Assembly: GCA_013239625.1 (NCBI GenBank)
Contig: MU053304.1
Span: 2,480,001-2,544,000, forward strand
DNA: 64,000 nucleotides
DNA from: Lama guanicoe
Taxonomy: Eukaryota
Reading direction: 5' to 3'
The notes beneath the pieces were generated by a model. It was not told the origin of the DNA and searched no databases. It was given only the letters and a program-made list of their open reading frames with translations. Positions 25,618-38,229 of this stretch are shown piece by piece. Positions within the stretch are counted from its first letter, which is position 1; the number at the start of each line of letters is the position of its first letter. Made by a program: the position numbers and the translations under genes.

Positions 25618-26180
25618 AAAAACATTTTGAACAACTAGAAACCAATATACATTTTTTCCAAGTCAGTGTAAATAATTCTAAAACATTCTTCCTTTTTAGA
25701 CAGTGTGTTTTTTTTTGGAACAAGCATATCATCAAAAAGTGGAAAAGAAAAATTAATCACCCACATTTCCTTCATAAAGAAGAAAGTGCCCGACACACAA
25801 GGGACACTTGAAACACCTCTGCTGCAGCAGTAGAAGGAAGTGATGATAAGCTTCAAGCGTCAGAGGAGTGATGAGGAAAATGTTTGGATTTCTTAATGTT
25901 TTTGAAATCACACTGTACATGGGAAAGCTTGGCACCAAAATCATTTACAATCATAACACCCCACCTGTCTCCCAACCCTTCCAAAAAGGGTAAACCTTTG
26001 CTTCTAAGGAAGAATGATGAAGGCAAGGTAGACTCACTGTAACTCTTAGAACATTTCCCCGAATGTATTTTTCACCGAGGGTCACACCCAGTGAAGTCTG
26101 TCATCAACATATTAAAAAAAAAAATGAAACAGAGTAGAAAAGAAAATTCAAGCCTGAATCACATATTGTAAGGCTAAGTA

Positions 26181-26187
26181 GTGTGTG

Positions 26188-26222
<35 letters not shown>

Positions 26223-26232
26223 GGTGTGTGTG
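26181..26232. repeat. (GT)n microsatellite, interrupted
   Basis: Direct reading. Confidence 0.95.
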
Positions 26233-27221
26233 GTTTTACTGGGTCATAATGCAGGATAAAAGACCAGATAGATTAACTTCAATCCATGATGGTCAAAGCC
26301 ATTTGAAAGACCTTGCTCAGCCCCAGGCAGGGCCGTTGCTCTGCTCCGCATCCAGCGGAGCGTGTTACTGCCAGAGATTTCCACCTCCGTGGAAACATTC
26401 CTGTCTGGTGTCTCCTTCCTTTAGTGCTAGGGATGAACACTGGCTCGCTTTATGGTCTGTCTGCCTCTGTGTGGATGAACTAACAGGAGCAAACGTGCTT
26501 CCTACGTATCCCTCCTGTGTTCTAATCCAATAATTTTCAGCCACCAAAGACTGTCAGGGAAAATGTCGGCAAAAGACGAGCCCTTGTTCTCAATGTACAG
26601 TATAAACTTCCATTAAAGAACGAGTTGTCAAAGAATTTTACTATTTGAAAAATGTGAAGTTTAAATAGACCTTCACACCGTGTTTCAATTTCCTGTCTGC
26701 CTCGTCTCACTCTTGCTTTCTTTGCTCCTCCTCTGGCTAGCTTTGGATCATCTGTGTCATCCGGTTTCCAAAGACAACTTGGCCTTGAAAGTTATACTGG
26801 TGCAGCTGCCCATGCTTTCAAGGTCATGAGGAAGATAAATATACAAATGACTAATGAGAAAACATTTTAAAACACTTAAGAATTTGAATGTAAGACAGAA
26901 AAGGCACAGCGACCCGGAGTCCTGTTTTCTCCCTGATGCTGGGGAACTTGGTGAGCTCGCTGATCAACAAAGATGCCTGAGCATTGCTGCTTGGTACTGC
27001 AGCCCTGAGCTGAGCGGTCACCTTCTCTTTGTCCCTCTGAGTTTACTCTTTGGGAAGGGAGAATCTGATCAGGACCTCTTGGGTGCTTTGGGGAGCGTGG
27101 CAGGGCTGACATAGCCGTGGTCATCACAGAACCCCATCCTGCCGAGCCCTTTAACAGGCTGAGATGTATCTTTGTGAAGCAGTTCCCGAGGGGCGGATGG
27201 CACCATCTGGCTATTTCCCTC

Positions 27222-27497
27222 TGTCTTAGTCCATGTGAACTGCTATAGCAAAATGCTACAAACTGGGTGGCTTATAAACAAACGGAAATTTATTTCTCCC
27301 AGTTCTGGAGCCTTCAAGTTTAAGATTAGGGTGGTGGCATGGTCCTCTCCTTCAGGCTACAGACTTCTCGTATCCTCACTGGTGGAAGGGGCTCAAGGGT
27401 CTCTTTGGGCTCTTTTATAATCCCATTCAGGAGGGTTCCACCCTTATGAGCTAATCACCTCCCAAAGGCCCCACCCCCAAGACGATTACATTTCAGG
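27222..27497 (-). mobile_element. MLT1A-type MaLR LTR (partial)
   Basis: tgtcttagtccatgtgaactgctatagcaaaatgctacaaactgggtggcttataaacaaacggaaatttatttctc...taatcacctcccaaaggccccacc. Confidence 0.85.
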
Positions 27498-27829
27498 GCA
27501 AAGTCCGATCGCAGCAGCCTCCCCCGCGGGTTCTCTGCAGAGGGGTGAGCTGCCACAGCAGAAGGGAGCAGCTGGTTCACCGGAAGAGGCAGGCTCCAAG
27601 GAGCTTTAGCCCCCTCTTTCAGTCCATCCAGTCCATGAGCTCAATTTGCTAGTGAGAATGAATACTGTAGACCATGGAAATAGTAAAAGCAAGTGACGCA
27701 GAAGCTAGAATGATGAGAGGCCAGGCGAGCTGACTTGCCACGACGTAGGGAATGACGGGGGCAGAACTTGCACTTGGGTCTTCACCCCACCGCAACAGCA
27801 CGTTCATCCCCCTGTTCTAATCATAGCAT

Positions 27830-27985
27830 CAGAATAGTGTTTTATAGTTTGCAAACCATGCTTACATATATTATTTCACTCTCTCAACAGCACTGTGGTT
27901 AGAAGACTGTTTTGTGCAGGTTTCACGGACTAAAGAATAAAGACTCTGAGAGATTAAATGACTCACCCCCGTGTCACCAAGTGCC
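27830..27985 (-). mobile_element. MIR fragment
   Basis: tttatagtttgcaaaccatgcttacatatattatttcact...agactctgagagattaaatgactcaccc. Confidence 0.6.
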
Positions 27986-28722
27986 TCAGTTTCAAAGCTG
28001 AAATGCAAACGAGAAGCTACACGAAGTGAAATACCTTGCAAAATACCAAGGGAGCAAGGATGTCAGGCATTGAGATTGCAGTCAAATGGATGACAGTTTG
28101 ATTAAAAACTCAAGAACAGCAGAGATGGGCTGGGGGATGAGGGGGCTCAGCAATCTGGGCTGGGGGGAGCAGGTTGAAGAACAAGTTTGGAACGTGTAAG
28201 GGAATAAGAAAAATAACGAATGAGCCACATGCTGGCGAGAAGAAATGCCAGGCTAGCAATCACTCCGGTAACAAAATACTTCAATTATTCAATGTCACCT
28301 TGGATTTCCCTCTGCTTCCACGGCAGCCCGAGAGCAGCCACCTTCCAAATCAATCCAGCTCTCCTGACAAACTGTCACTGTCTCATTACAGGTGGTTGAG
28401 ACCACAATGCTACCCCTTCTGGGAACTTGGTGCTAATGAGCTAAAGCCTCAGATTTCTCCCGGGTTCAGCCTCCTCCCGGGTTCAGCCACAGCTGAAGCT
28501 GTTACCCTGAAAGGATCTCAGGACCCCAAAGAGAGGCTGCTGCCCGTGGGAGATCTGGACCACCTGCTTCAGCTCTGGAGCTGTGCCCTCAACTGCCACA
28601 GCAGACAGTCCCCAAAAGTGGTGTCAAGAAGTAAGTGCAGAAGTTCATTATTTCTAAATATGTTAGAAGCAAAGCTGCTTCTGGGGGTGGATGTGTGGCA
28701 GGAATGGGAAGGGCCTGGCTAC

Positions 28723-28749
28723 GTGTGTGTGTGTGTGTGTGTGTGTGTG
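28723..28749. repeat. (GT)n microsatellite
   Basis: Direct reading. Confidence 0.95.
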
Positions 28750-29079
28750 CACTTGTGTGCATGACCTTAGTGCCATCAAACATTTTAGCTGTGTACGCAT
28801 TACTTAGAGAAAAATTGCAAAATTAACTTTAGAAATCAAAAATAAGAAGAGTGGAGGAAAACGAAAAGCAACGTTGGTGACAGAATTAATCGCTGAGCTG
28901 CATAGAAGTCAAGCTCGTGCTGTCCCTGGTGTGAATCTAGGCAGCTGTCTGAGGGCTGCAGTCTCGCAGGAGAGGGAGATGGGGCCGGTGGGACTTCCTT
29001 CGTTTCCTTGTGGGCAGCATGCAGGGAAAGGGTACCTATTTAGGATTTGGAAAACCTGCATTTTTGGTTCCCTGTCCAC

Positions 29080-29340
29080 ACGTTCACTGACTTCTTTAAT
29101 AGTTTGCTCAACTCATCAATATTTGTTGAATGCCTGCTATCTGCCTGTACCTCTGTATATGGAACAAGCGAGACGGAGTCCCAGCTCCAGGAAAGCTGAC
29201 ATTCTAATGGGAGAGATAATTAATAAATAAGTAAATACCCAAACAATACAGTATGAAACAGTGATAAGCGTTACGGAAAAATAAAGCAGAGTAGGGAGGG
29301 GTTTTGTCTAGAGAAACCCTCTCTAATATGGTCACAGTGA
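29080..29340 (-). mobile_element. L2 3' end
   Basis: caactcatcaatatttgttgaatgcctgctatctgcc...ggaaagctgacattctaatgggagag...gataagcgttacggaaaaataaagcag. Confidence 0.8.
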
Positions 29341-29798
29341 TGTGAGAGGCAGAGTTCTAGAGTGGCCCTGAGATCCCCTCCTTCTGATACATACACACCC
29401 TGGAGAGTCCCCACCCCTTGTGTGCTGGTGGGACTTGCGAGAATGATAGAATTTCATTATTGGAATTGTGTTACATTATATGGAAAAGTGGATCTTGTGG
29501 GTGAAATTAAGATCTCTAATTAGTTGACTCCAAGTAAACCAAAGGGATGTTTTCTTGTTAAGAACTACCCTTGTGGCAGACAGTTAAAAAAAGGGGGGCC
29601 TCCATGCCACAACCTTTAGGGACTGAAAGATCTTGGGAGAGGACATTGAGCTCCAGATGAGACCACAGCCCATGGACACCTTGATTTCAGTCCTATGAGA
29701 CCCTGAGCAGAGAACTCTCTGCCTGGATTTCGGACCTACTGTGAGATTATACATGGGTGCTGTTTTAATTTGTTACAAAGTAAAAGAAAGCGAATACA
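29341..29798 (+). mobile_element. MLT1E/F-type MaLR LTR
   Basis: TG start tgtgagaggcagagttctagagtggccctgagatcccc...gagctccagatgagaccacagccc...caccttgatttcag...tgagaccctgagcagagaac...gaataca CA end. Confidence 0.85.
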
Positions 29799-30979
29799 AC
29801 ATTACATTAGCAGTTACCAATTTGACTTTTCTTTCCCCGAAGGCAAGCTACAATGCAAGCAACTTGTAACACACTACTTGCCAGATCCCACCTCTCCAAA
29901 CTTCCAGAATTTCACTTTGAAAGGAAAAAACAGAGAAGGCCGAGCAATCAGAAGCTCACGTGGGATATCTTTTCCATCATTGCAACGGAGAATTCCTGAC
30001 AGCCAGGACCATGGCTCCTCATTGGCACGGTGCCCTCCCCTTGCCAACCACGCCCTGGCTCACCCCTTCTCGGGGGCTAGTCTGGTCTTCAAACACACGG
30101 AGCACAATGATGTCACATAGACTCGAGGACGAGGTGAGCTGGCTCCCTGTGTCTCAAAGCTTCTTAGCATAATGATGTTTTATGGCTCTTTATGACAGCC
30201 CATTATCCCCCCAAAGGGAGGACAGCAGAAAATGAATATTTTATTGGCTCCCATACACTGGGCTCGGCCTGATGTAAAAATAAATGTTCTATGACATTCA
30301 TCTTTATAAAATGCATTCTCTCGAACCATAAAAGTGATCCAACAATTCATCTTTCTCCGTATCCCTCGGCAGTAATGGTAAGTAAATAATTGTGGTCATA
30401 TTCTTAGATGGTCCTGGTGCTGAGACAAGTTTTGCTTGAGTTGTAATGATTTCTCTTATACAAAGGCAAACTATGAAACGCTGGTTGGAGATCTGTCTCA
30501 TTTCAATATCGCTGTTAGATATTTCTCAGTCAGATGAGGACTGAAATTTTCTTATGAGATGATCTAGGATTTTCTGCAGAATCATGACTTTAAGAGCCTC
30601 AGTATCTCAGGGGAGAAAAAAAAAAGCCAAAACAATCAGTTAAATGTCTCAAACATTAAAAATTCCTTTTGCTATAAATGAGTTACAAATGACATTGAGA
30701 GGGTACAGATGACATGGTGGGGGTATCACTGACTATCTGGCAATGGCTGTGAAAGGCTTCTCCAGGAAGGTGATAAAACAGAAAAACAGAACAGTTAAGT
30801 CACGGGAGAAAAAGTAGTGTCCAAAAGGCGTTCACGTTGCAGGACGGGTTGAAAGTTTGACCAGGACAGATTTTGATTGTTATCCTATATCAGATCCACT
30901 GATTGAACTCTCCTCTATGTTGTATTAATTTTTACTTGTTTTTCTTGGATTTTCTAGATGGAAAATGTTAATTATTTGT

Positions 30980-32020
30980 TTTACTTTCTCAACAGCATTT
31001 AGAATGACGGACCACTCCTTCCATGCTGAAATATTTTCTGTTCTCGTCTTCTCTCCCTCCACACTCTGTCATTTTTTCCCCCAGCATCTTTGGCTAATTC
31101 ATTCTCATTTTCTTCTTCTAGCACTTTCTCCTCTAATCAAACATTTAATTTTGAAGATTCTTAGGATTTGTCTTTGAACATAGTTGCTTCTGGCTTTACA
31201 TTGTCTTTCTGTTTCTGCTACATTTTATCCACTCCCATCACTCAGTCACGGCTTATGTTAGAAACGGAGTTGAGCTGCAATATATCTGCTGTATCTCCAG
31301 ATAGATCACGATTTCTCAGGCAGAAAGAAAGGGACAGGCAAGTGGACAAAAGAGTAGTGCTCGTGTCATGAAAGCAAAGGCTTTCCCTGCAGTTCCTGGA
31401 AGAGTTTCTTCTGAGTCATGTGACCAACCTGATACAAGAATAAGTCTGAGAAGGTGTGCATTTTCAGTTGGGCATCTTATCTCTTTAGAGTCTTGCTAAC
31501 AGTGGAGAAGGGGAGAATGAATATTGGATTGACAGCGACTCCCAAATCCATATCTTCAGTCTTGATCTGATTTTGGAAAATCCAAACTAATATATCAAGT
31601 GTCTATTTAACAAGTTCAATTTGATACCTTGGAACATCTCATATGAACTAGTCCAAAGTGATACTTCCCGCTCAACGTTCTCTGCCTTTCATTTTTCTAA
31701 GGTCGGGAAATGATTGTGTCAATCACCTGTTAGTTAAAGCCCAAATCTTGGCATGGTTTTCACTTCTCATCTCTCATCACTTCCCTCCACCTAAAAATTA
31801 CCAAGTCCTGCCTCATCTTGAGTACATCTGCTTCTTTCTAACCCTAACCCTACCCCCCTAGTCCTGGCCACCATCCTCTTTTGCCTAAAATACTTTCATG
31901 GCCTCCTAAATAATCTCTTTTCATCCATTTTTGCCTATCTCCAGTAAAATTTTCATACTTTACTTCCAGTAATTTTGAAAAGTATAAATCTGACATTAAC
32001 CCTTCCCTGGTTAAAGTCAA
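30980..32020 (+). mobile_element. L2 LINE fragment, probably interrupted by an old MLT1 fragment (~31300-31540)
   Basis: ctctcaacagcatttagaatgacggaccactcc; gactcccaaatccatatcttcagtcttgatct; cctagtcctggccaccatcctcttttgcctaaaatact. Confidence 0.65.
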
Positions 32021-32329
32021 TTAATAGTTTCCAAACTGTTTGCTGGCCAGTAATTATTGAAGTTAGGAGTCCATCCCCCACAGAACCTGGGAGGCAGAGG
32101 CCCTATCTTTCCTGATGAGAACATTTCAAAGGAATGGCTCTCGGGTCCTTGAAAAAGGTGTGTCTGAGTTGTATGTGATACACAGTCCCAACGGCAAGCC
32201 CTTCCCAGTTGCTTCTTCATGAAAGGCCTGTGATCTGATGGTGGCTGGAAGAAACGGTAAACGTTCCTGGCAGTGTTGAGCTTCAAGGGCAGGCGTTACA
32301 GTCGGGGGCTGGGACCGCCCTAGGGACAT

Positions 32330-32821
32330 GGCCTCACGCTGCTAGAAGTTTGCTGGAGTTTGCGCACGTCCTTTCCTGCAGGGGTCTGGATGGAGCCGAT
32401 AAGGGTCTGCAGAGAATTCAGTAGTTCTCAAAATGCCTGAGGACTGGGAGGAGGAAGCGGGAGGAGGGAGGCACAGCCTTCACACGATGAGGAGGAGAGA
32501 GGAAAGGAAGGAGGACTGGTTTAGAACAGGGACAGACCCTAAGTCAGTCTAAGACAGTTTTGGCCAGGCTGACGGGGAATCCTCACAGGTCACCAAAGTC
32601 CTTGAAGTTACAAGGAGAGGAGTCCCCACCCCAGAGGAAGGGGCCTGCCCTAGTGCCCCGACCGTGGTCGGTCATTGGCTGAGAGCAGCCCCGGGGGGGA
32701 ATGTGACCTCAGTGTGAACGAGGTGGTGAATGCAGGGGCAGCGGCAGCTGGGGCTGTAGCCAACTCTTGGCCCCACAGCAGGCAGCCCCCAGGGTGATCT
32801 CCTTCCTGTCCATGTCGCCAG
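32330..32821. mobile_element. ERVL LTR (LTR40-like)
   Basis: ttttggccaggctgacggggaatcctc...gaggagtcccc...gggcctgccctagtgcccc...gtcattggctgagagcagccc...gcagctggggctgtagccaa...ccatgtcgcca. Confidence 0.6.
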
Positions 32822-32959
32822 AGCACCGGGGTTGTTCCTCTGCACTCACTATTTCCTCTGCATACAACACTCTTGGGTTGATACACATAGAGACCCTCAG
32901 GTGGGTGAGGACTCGAGCTGTGCTCAAATGCCCCAGTCCCGGGAAGACCTCCCAAACCA

Positions 32960-33182
32960 CCGCGTCCCGAATCTCCCCACTGGCATTTGTATAACTTCCC
33001 TGATGCCCCTTCTCCTTCCTGAGGACTCACTACCATCCGACATATCTTGCATTTTATTGTTTAGTGTTTGTCTCCCCCCGACTAGTACGTCAAGGATTTT
33101 TGTCTTGATTGTGACTATTTTCCCAGCACCTAGAATGGCATTAGAAACATAGTAGGTGTTTAATAAATGCCAATAAAGTAAA
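32960..33182 (+). mobile_element. L2 3' terminus
   Basis: tgtctcccccgactag...ttcccagcacctagaatggcattagaaacatagtaggtgtttaataaatg. Confidence 0.8.
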
Positions 33183-35682
33183 CTCACTTTGATAAAAGCA
33201 AGGTGACTACAGACTCTTCACCGCAGAACATTCCAGTCTTTCTTCTGCAGCTTGGGAAAGGTAAACTGATGTCTTCTTACAGGGTTGGCACTAGGGTTAT
33301 TTATAGGCTAAATTGTTTGGCTGTGTCCAAGGGTGGGTTTTTTAATGTTCCTATCTGAATCGTCAAAGTTGTCTCACCACTAAAGCAAATACTCACCTCC
33401 CACTTGATGAAACAACTAAGTGTCGGGTAATTCCTAGAACCAAGCTCTTCCTGAGAAACCATCTGAAAATCCCAAACTTACTTCCACTTGGGCCCTTATT
33501 TTAGGATTACCCCAGGATTGCCTTCTTCCTCTGATATGGGGTCGGAGATGGGGTGGGGAAGGCAGCTTCAGGAAGGTTGCTCTGTTTTACAACTACTGTG
33601 ACTTCTAGATTTTCTAGGCTTCGCACAACCTCATTCCCTAGGTTGTCAAAAACATCAGAATACCTACAAAGACCTGAGCAATTATTCCACAGAGTCATGT
33701 TTTACGTCCCTTGCTACGTGCTACTTTAGGATCTACTGACATTCGCCACCAAGGCACAAACTATTGTCCCATTTGGAATTGAGAGAATACTCACCTCACA
33801 TAGCTGACTTGCCAAGATAATAGATGGGAATGACAAAAAAAAAAAAAAAATCCCGGAACACTTGGACAAACTTTCTCTTTTTCCTAATATCCAGAATGAA
33901 AGACACAGAGAGAAAATGATCTGCCCCAGATGGATGAAGATTAAACAATGACCTCTGGACGACAATAACTCTCTTTCAGATTTTATTTTCAACTTCCGAA
34001 GCAGAACTGAACCAAGACACTAAAGTCAGTCTGACATGTATGTTGCCAGTCTGTTTATGAATCCCAGTTTTATCACAACACAAAGAGATAAATAATAGAA
34101 GCCCATAATGCTTGCCTTTGAAATGGTAGTTAAACCGAAACTCAGGATGCAGGAAACAAAATATGAATGGCCTTTCATAAACATGTTTTTACAACATAAT
34201 CTGCTCATATAAACAACTCGCAGTTCATCCTTTGGGGATTCTTGTTAGCCAGGATTTTCAGAGCTTCATTGAACGGATTGAGTTTCAGAATTATTTCCCA
34301 ATTTTGTGCTGTTTGGAGGAAACGTCTGTTTACTGTATGTAAATGCACAAGACATTCTGTTCTTTTAGGGACTCAACAAAGAGCCCTTCAAATAGGCCAG
34401 TTTGGCAAATAAGGAAATCGAGCCTCTTCAAAGGACTACAAATGAAGTCTAGTAAGAGATATTGTAAAGATAGCGGCTATTTTTTTCTCTTTAAAGTTTC
34501 TAAATTTGGATCAAAACAGACATGGGTATTTTTCTTTGATTAAAAACACATCTAGGGCTTTTTGCTCTCTCCTTGAATTCTTCTTTGCTTCTCTTCTGGT
34601 CCTCAGACAGACCAAAGTCAGAAAACAGACTTGCACCATGGATGAAGTCTGCAGCAGACAGCGGGGAGCGGTGAGGCAGTAAATCTTAGTTGGGTTAATA
34701 TTTCCACATGTCTGGCAAATACCCTTGGAAGGCCGGGAGTCCAGACAGTGTGAAGCAGGTGCCCCAGCATGTGCCTTCCTTGCGTATCCTGCTCAGCCCC
34801 TGCACCAAATCCAAGCGCTGCTCTTACACCTCCTGATTTTGCCTAAGCTGAGCTTGGCCGGCAGGCAACAGGCAGTCCTTCTGTGGTGCTGGCTGGAGAC
34901 GGCATGACTAATGACTGGAGTCAGTCAGGTACAACTCCTGTGCAAGGGCACTTAGAGAAGTCTCACCTTACCAAGGGCTTACAAATGTGGTTTTAGAACT
35001 CCGAGGGAGCCGGTTGCTTTCTTAAATGCTAACTCTTAGGGGAAAACTAAAAATTAACATCCTAGTGATGCCTACGAATTTTGGTCTTCATTCATGATAC
35101 TTAAGTATCTCAGTTACTTTTTAGTGTTTAAAATACAGATAGTTTTGTATTATACAGATAGAGCCACTGTTTTTATACAATAAATATAATGCACTACACA
35201 TACGAAAATGTATAACACATTTCCCAACAAATATGACTGAGGTCTAATTAATACTCCCTCATTTTTTCTGTTTAAAAGGACGTGTTAGCTAGCCATGTCT
35301 TAGCATCACCTTTTACTCACAGTTTCGTTTAAACTGTAGGTGATACAGATTATGGGTGTTCTGTCCATTTTATGAATATTTCTGATGAATGTTTCTGATG
35401 TCTCCTGTTCTCTTCCTGTGCTTTCTTCTTCTTCTGACCCTGAGCGATAGTTTTATTTAGGGCTGACTGTGTGATGAGCCCTGCTTTTGAGCATCTGGAT
35501 TTACCTCATTTCTCTGTAGTTTAGATGAATGTAAATGTAGAGGTGATGGAACCATTCCTTAAATTATATTTCCTTTTCAATACTGATCAACTTAGAGAAG
35601 CTCTACTTCTTTTTAAGCCCAACACCAGCACATGAAAATAAACTGAATTTTGGTCTTGCTGTTTATAGTTTTTGATCTCTCA

Positions 35683-35876
35683 TTTTTTGTTGTTTTTCTT
35701 GGGGGGGGATAATTAGGTTTCTTTGTGTATTTTTAATTAATTTTTTATTTTATTTTATTATTTTATTTTATTTTATTTTATTTTATTTTATTTTATTTTA
35801 GTGGAGGCACTGGGGATGGAACCCAGGACCTTGTGCATGCTACGCACACACTCTGCTGCTGAGCTATACCCTCCCC
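35683..35876 (-). mobile_element. Camelid tRNA-derived SINE (Vic-1 type)
   Basis: Reverse complement GGGGAGGGTATAGCTCAGCAGCAGAGTGTGTGCGTAGCATGCACAAGGTCCTGGGTTCCATCCCCAGTGCCTCCACT (A box and B box), then (AAAAT)n, AAACCTAATTATCCCCCCCC and an A-rich tail. Confidence 0.88.
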
Positions 35877-36006
35877 TTCCCATTTTGAATCTCCTCTCTG
35901 AAGGAACTGTATGAATGCTCTTAAAACAATGCAGATATCAATGATGAATCCAGCCAAGAAAGAGCATGCGTGCAAAATAAAGAGTGTATATGTCTTCCTT
36001 CACCTT

Positions 36007-36081
36007 AAAAGAGAAGAAGAAGAAGGAGGAAGAGGAGGAGGAGAAGGAGAAAAGAAGGTGGAAAAGAGGAAGAGAGGGAAA
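36007..36081. repeat. Polypurine (GAA/GGA) tract
   Basis: aaaagagaagaagaagaaggaggaagaggaggaggagaaggagaaaagaagg... Confidence 0.85.
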
Positions 36082-38229
36082 TGGTTCATGCACAGCTGTC
36101 TGTAAGTGTATGTGTATGCTTAGATGTTTTTGCTTCAAACTTCCGCTGTGACCACTGGTTACCCAGAAGTGTTGAGAAGAAGAGTTATTATATTTTTTTG
36201 CCCATCAAGAAATATTTGCCAATTCTGATTACACAGGACTGAGAAGACCAGAGTTAAAAGGGGCACCATCTTTGTTTCAATGTCATAGTCTTTGTGTGAG
36301 CAAGTGGCACTTGGTGATGTGAGCCTGACCCTGGGTCTTTAGCTTTGTCTCACTTTCTAGAGTTCATGTTCCTATCCATCTCATTTAGTTCCGTCTGAAG
36401 ACTTGAATGCAGACCCAGACATCTTTATGAAAGGTAACTTCTTGCATGTTTCCATATTGTATTTAGAATTTTGAAGGTTTTGAAGATGAATCTTGACACC
36501 CTCCTTCAGAGTCTGCCTCTATCCTGGTGCCACCTGGCTTTTATAAATGATAAGATGCTGATGCTGGCCTGTTTAAATAATATTTTCTTTCTGTCTCTCA
36601 ATTTTCTGTTTGACAAAGCTACAGAACTCTCTGACTCAGAACCCATTGGTATTTAGATATTATAAACATATACCTCCCTAAGTTAACTGCTGTAATAGTC
36701 AAATCCTTTGCTTCAGCATCTCGTTTATGCATTCTCATCAGTCTGATAGATCTTTCTGACCTATTTTGTTGCTTAGCACAGACAGCAAGTCATGTTCTAT
36801 GAACCAGAGAACATCAAATTGCCTTCAGTATCATACTATGCTGAGGAGTAATGGCAAATATGATTAGTGCAATGATTTCAACCAAATAGGGGTGAGTCTT
36901 GAATGTCCAGCTTAGGAGTCCAAAGTTTATCCTGGAGAAAAGGAGAGATGACAGCACGAAGCCGAAGTTTTAGGAAGGCTGAGTTATCTGTCTGACACTA
37001 GAGAGCAACACAACACCTGGGAGTGACCAGCGTGAGTAGCAGGTGACTTGAGTCCTAGTCCATATCCCCTAAATGTGGTTTTGAGGAAGTCATCTCTGTT
37101 GTTTTAGTGCACTAATCTCTAGAATTATGTCTTTCTAAGGTCCTTTTAAGAATCCAGTGACTGTATTGTATTTTATCCTCAATGAAGTCATAGTAGAAAT
37201 AATCAAACTCATGATTTCCACTGGACAGAAATGTCCCTGTAAGTAAACGAGGTGGTTGGAAGGAAGAGCAGAAGAAATCTTAAAAAAAAAGAAAAAAAAA
37301 GAAAAACATAAAGCCCATTGTGTTGAAACACTTTGTTGATGGATTTACCTGATGCTGTAATTTCAGCATCCAAAATCATCACCTCTAAGTTTGGTTTAAC
37401 TTCAGGGAAATTTTATAAGCAAAAACCAACGCGTTATTGGAGGAACAGTGACACTCACAATAGCTTTTTCGAGGATGAGTCACTATAATTACAGGCCCCG
37501 TGGGCATTCTGGGCTGAATCTGAGCAGCAGAAAATGAGTTTTCTCACTGATCAAAGATGCACTTTGGTGACTGCTGAGACCTACATAATTGCTGTAATTA
37601 TTACTTTTGGTTTGCTATCATTAGCAGATATTTTCACAAAGAAAACATCTCACTATGTGATCTTGGGCGAGTCACTTACTTAGTTCTTCATTTAACACAA
37701 GACATTTTAGACTAAGCATTTTCTTGCAGCATTATAACGTTATGAATTCTAAATAGAGATACTTTTACATATCATAAAAATATAACTTTTTCACTGAATA
37801 ATCTGATCTTTAATGTTGCATATCCAGCCTTGATTTATCCACTAAATGGATTCGAGAAACTGCTCGCTGTCTTATGAGACTTAAAAGACAAGGATGTTCA
37901 AGGCCAGTTGCCTTCTTCCAGTATCAACAAGTGAGGCCTTTCCCTTTTCTGAGTCTTATTTTTAAATGTATAGGCCTAATGTCATTCTTTTTAGAGGACA
38001 CATCCTATTGCTTAATTATAGAAATATCTGATTTTGAAAGGGACTCTCTGTGGCGTTTCCCCTTACATGAAAATGGAGTTATCTTCTGATGACTACCGTA
38101 AAACATCCCTTACATTATTCACAAAACACTTATTTCAGCGATATAACCCTGGACTGTGATTCTTACACACACTGTGTTTTGAGAACTGTTGTGCTAAATT
38201 GAAAGACAAGGCAAGTCCACAAGGCTGAG

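Noticed and set aside
28174..28764. Longest ORF (196 aa)
   Set aside because: Non-ATG start, no recognisable domain, ends in a (GT)n-derived VCVCVC run; consistent with chance.
35800..35876. tRNA-like sequence with A and B boxes
   Set aside because: It is a SINE head with an AT-rich tail and no complete cloverleaf, so not a tRNA gene.
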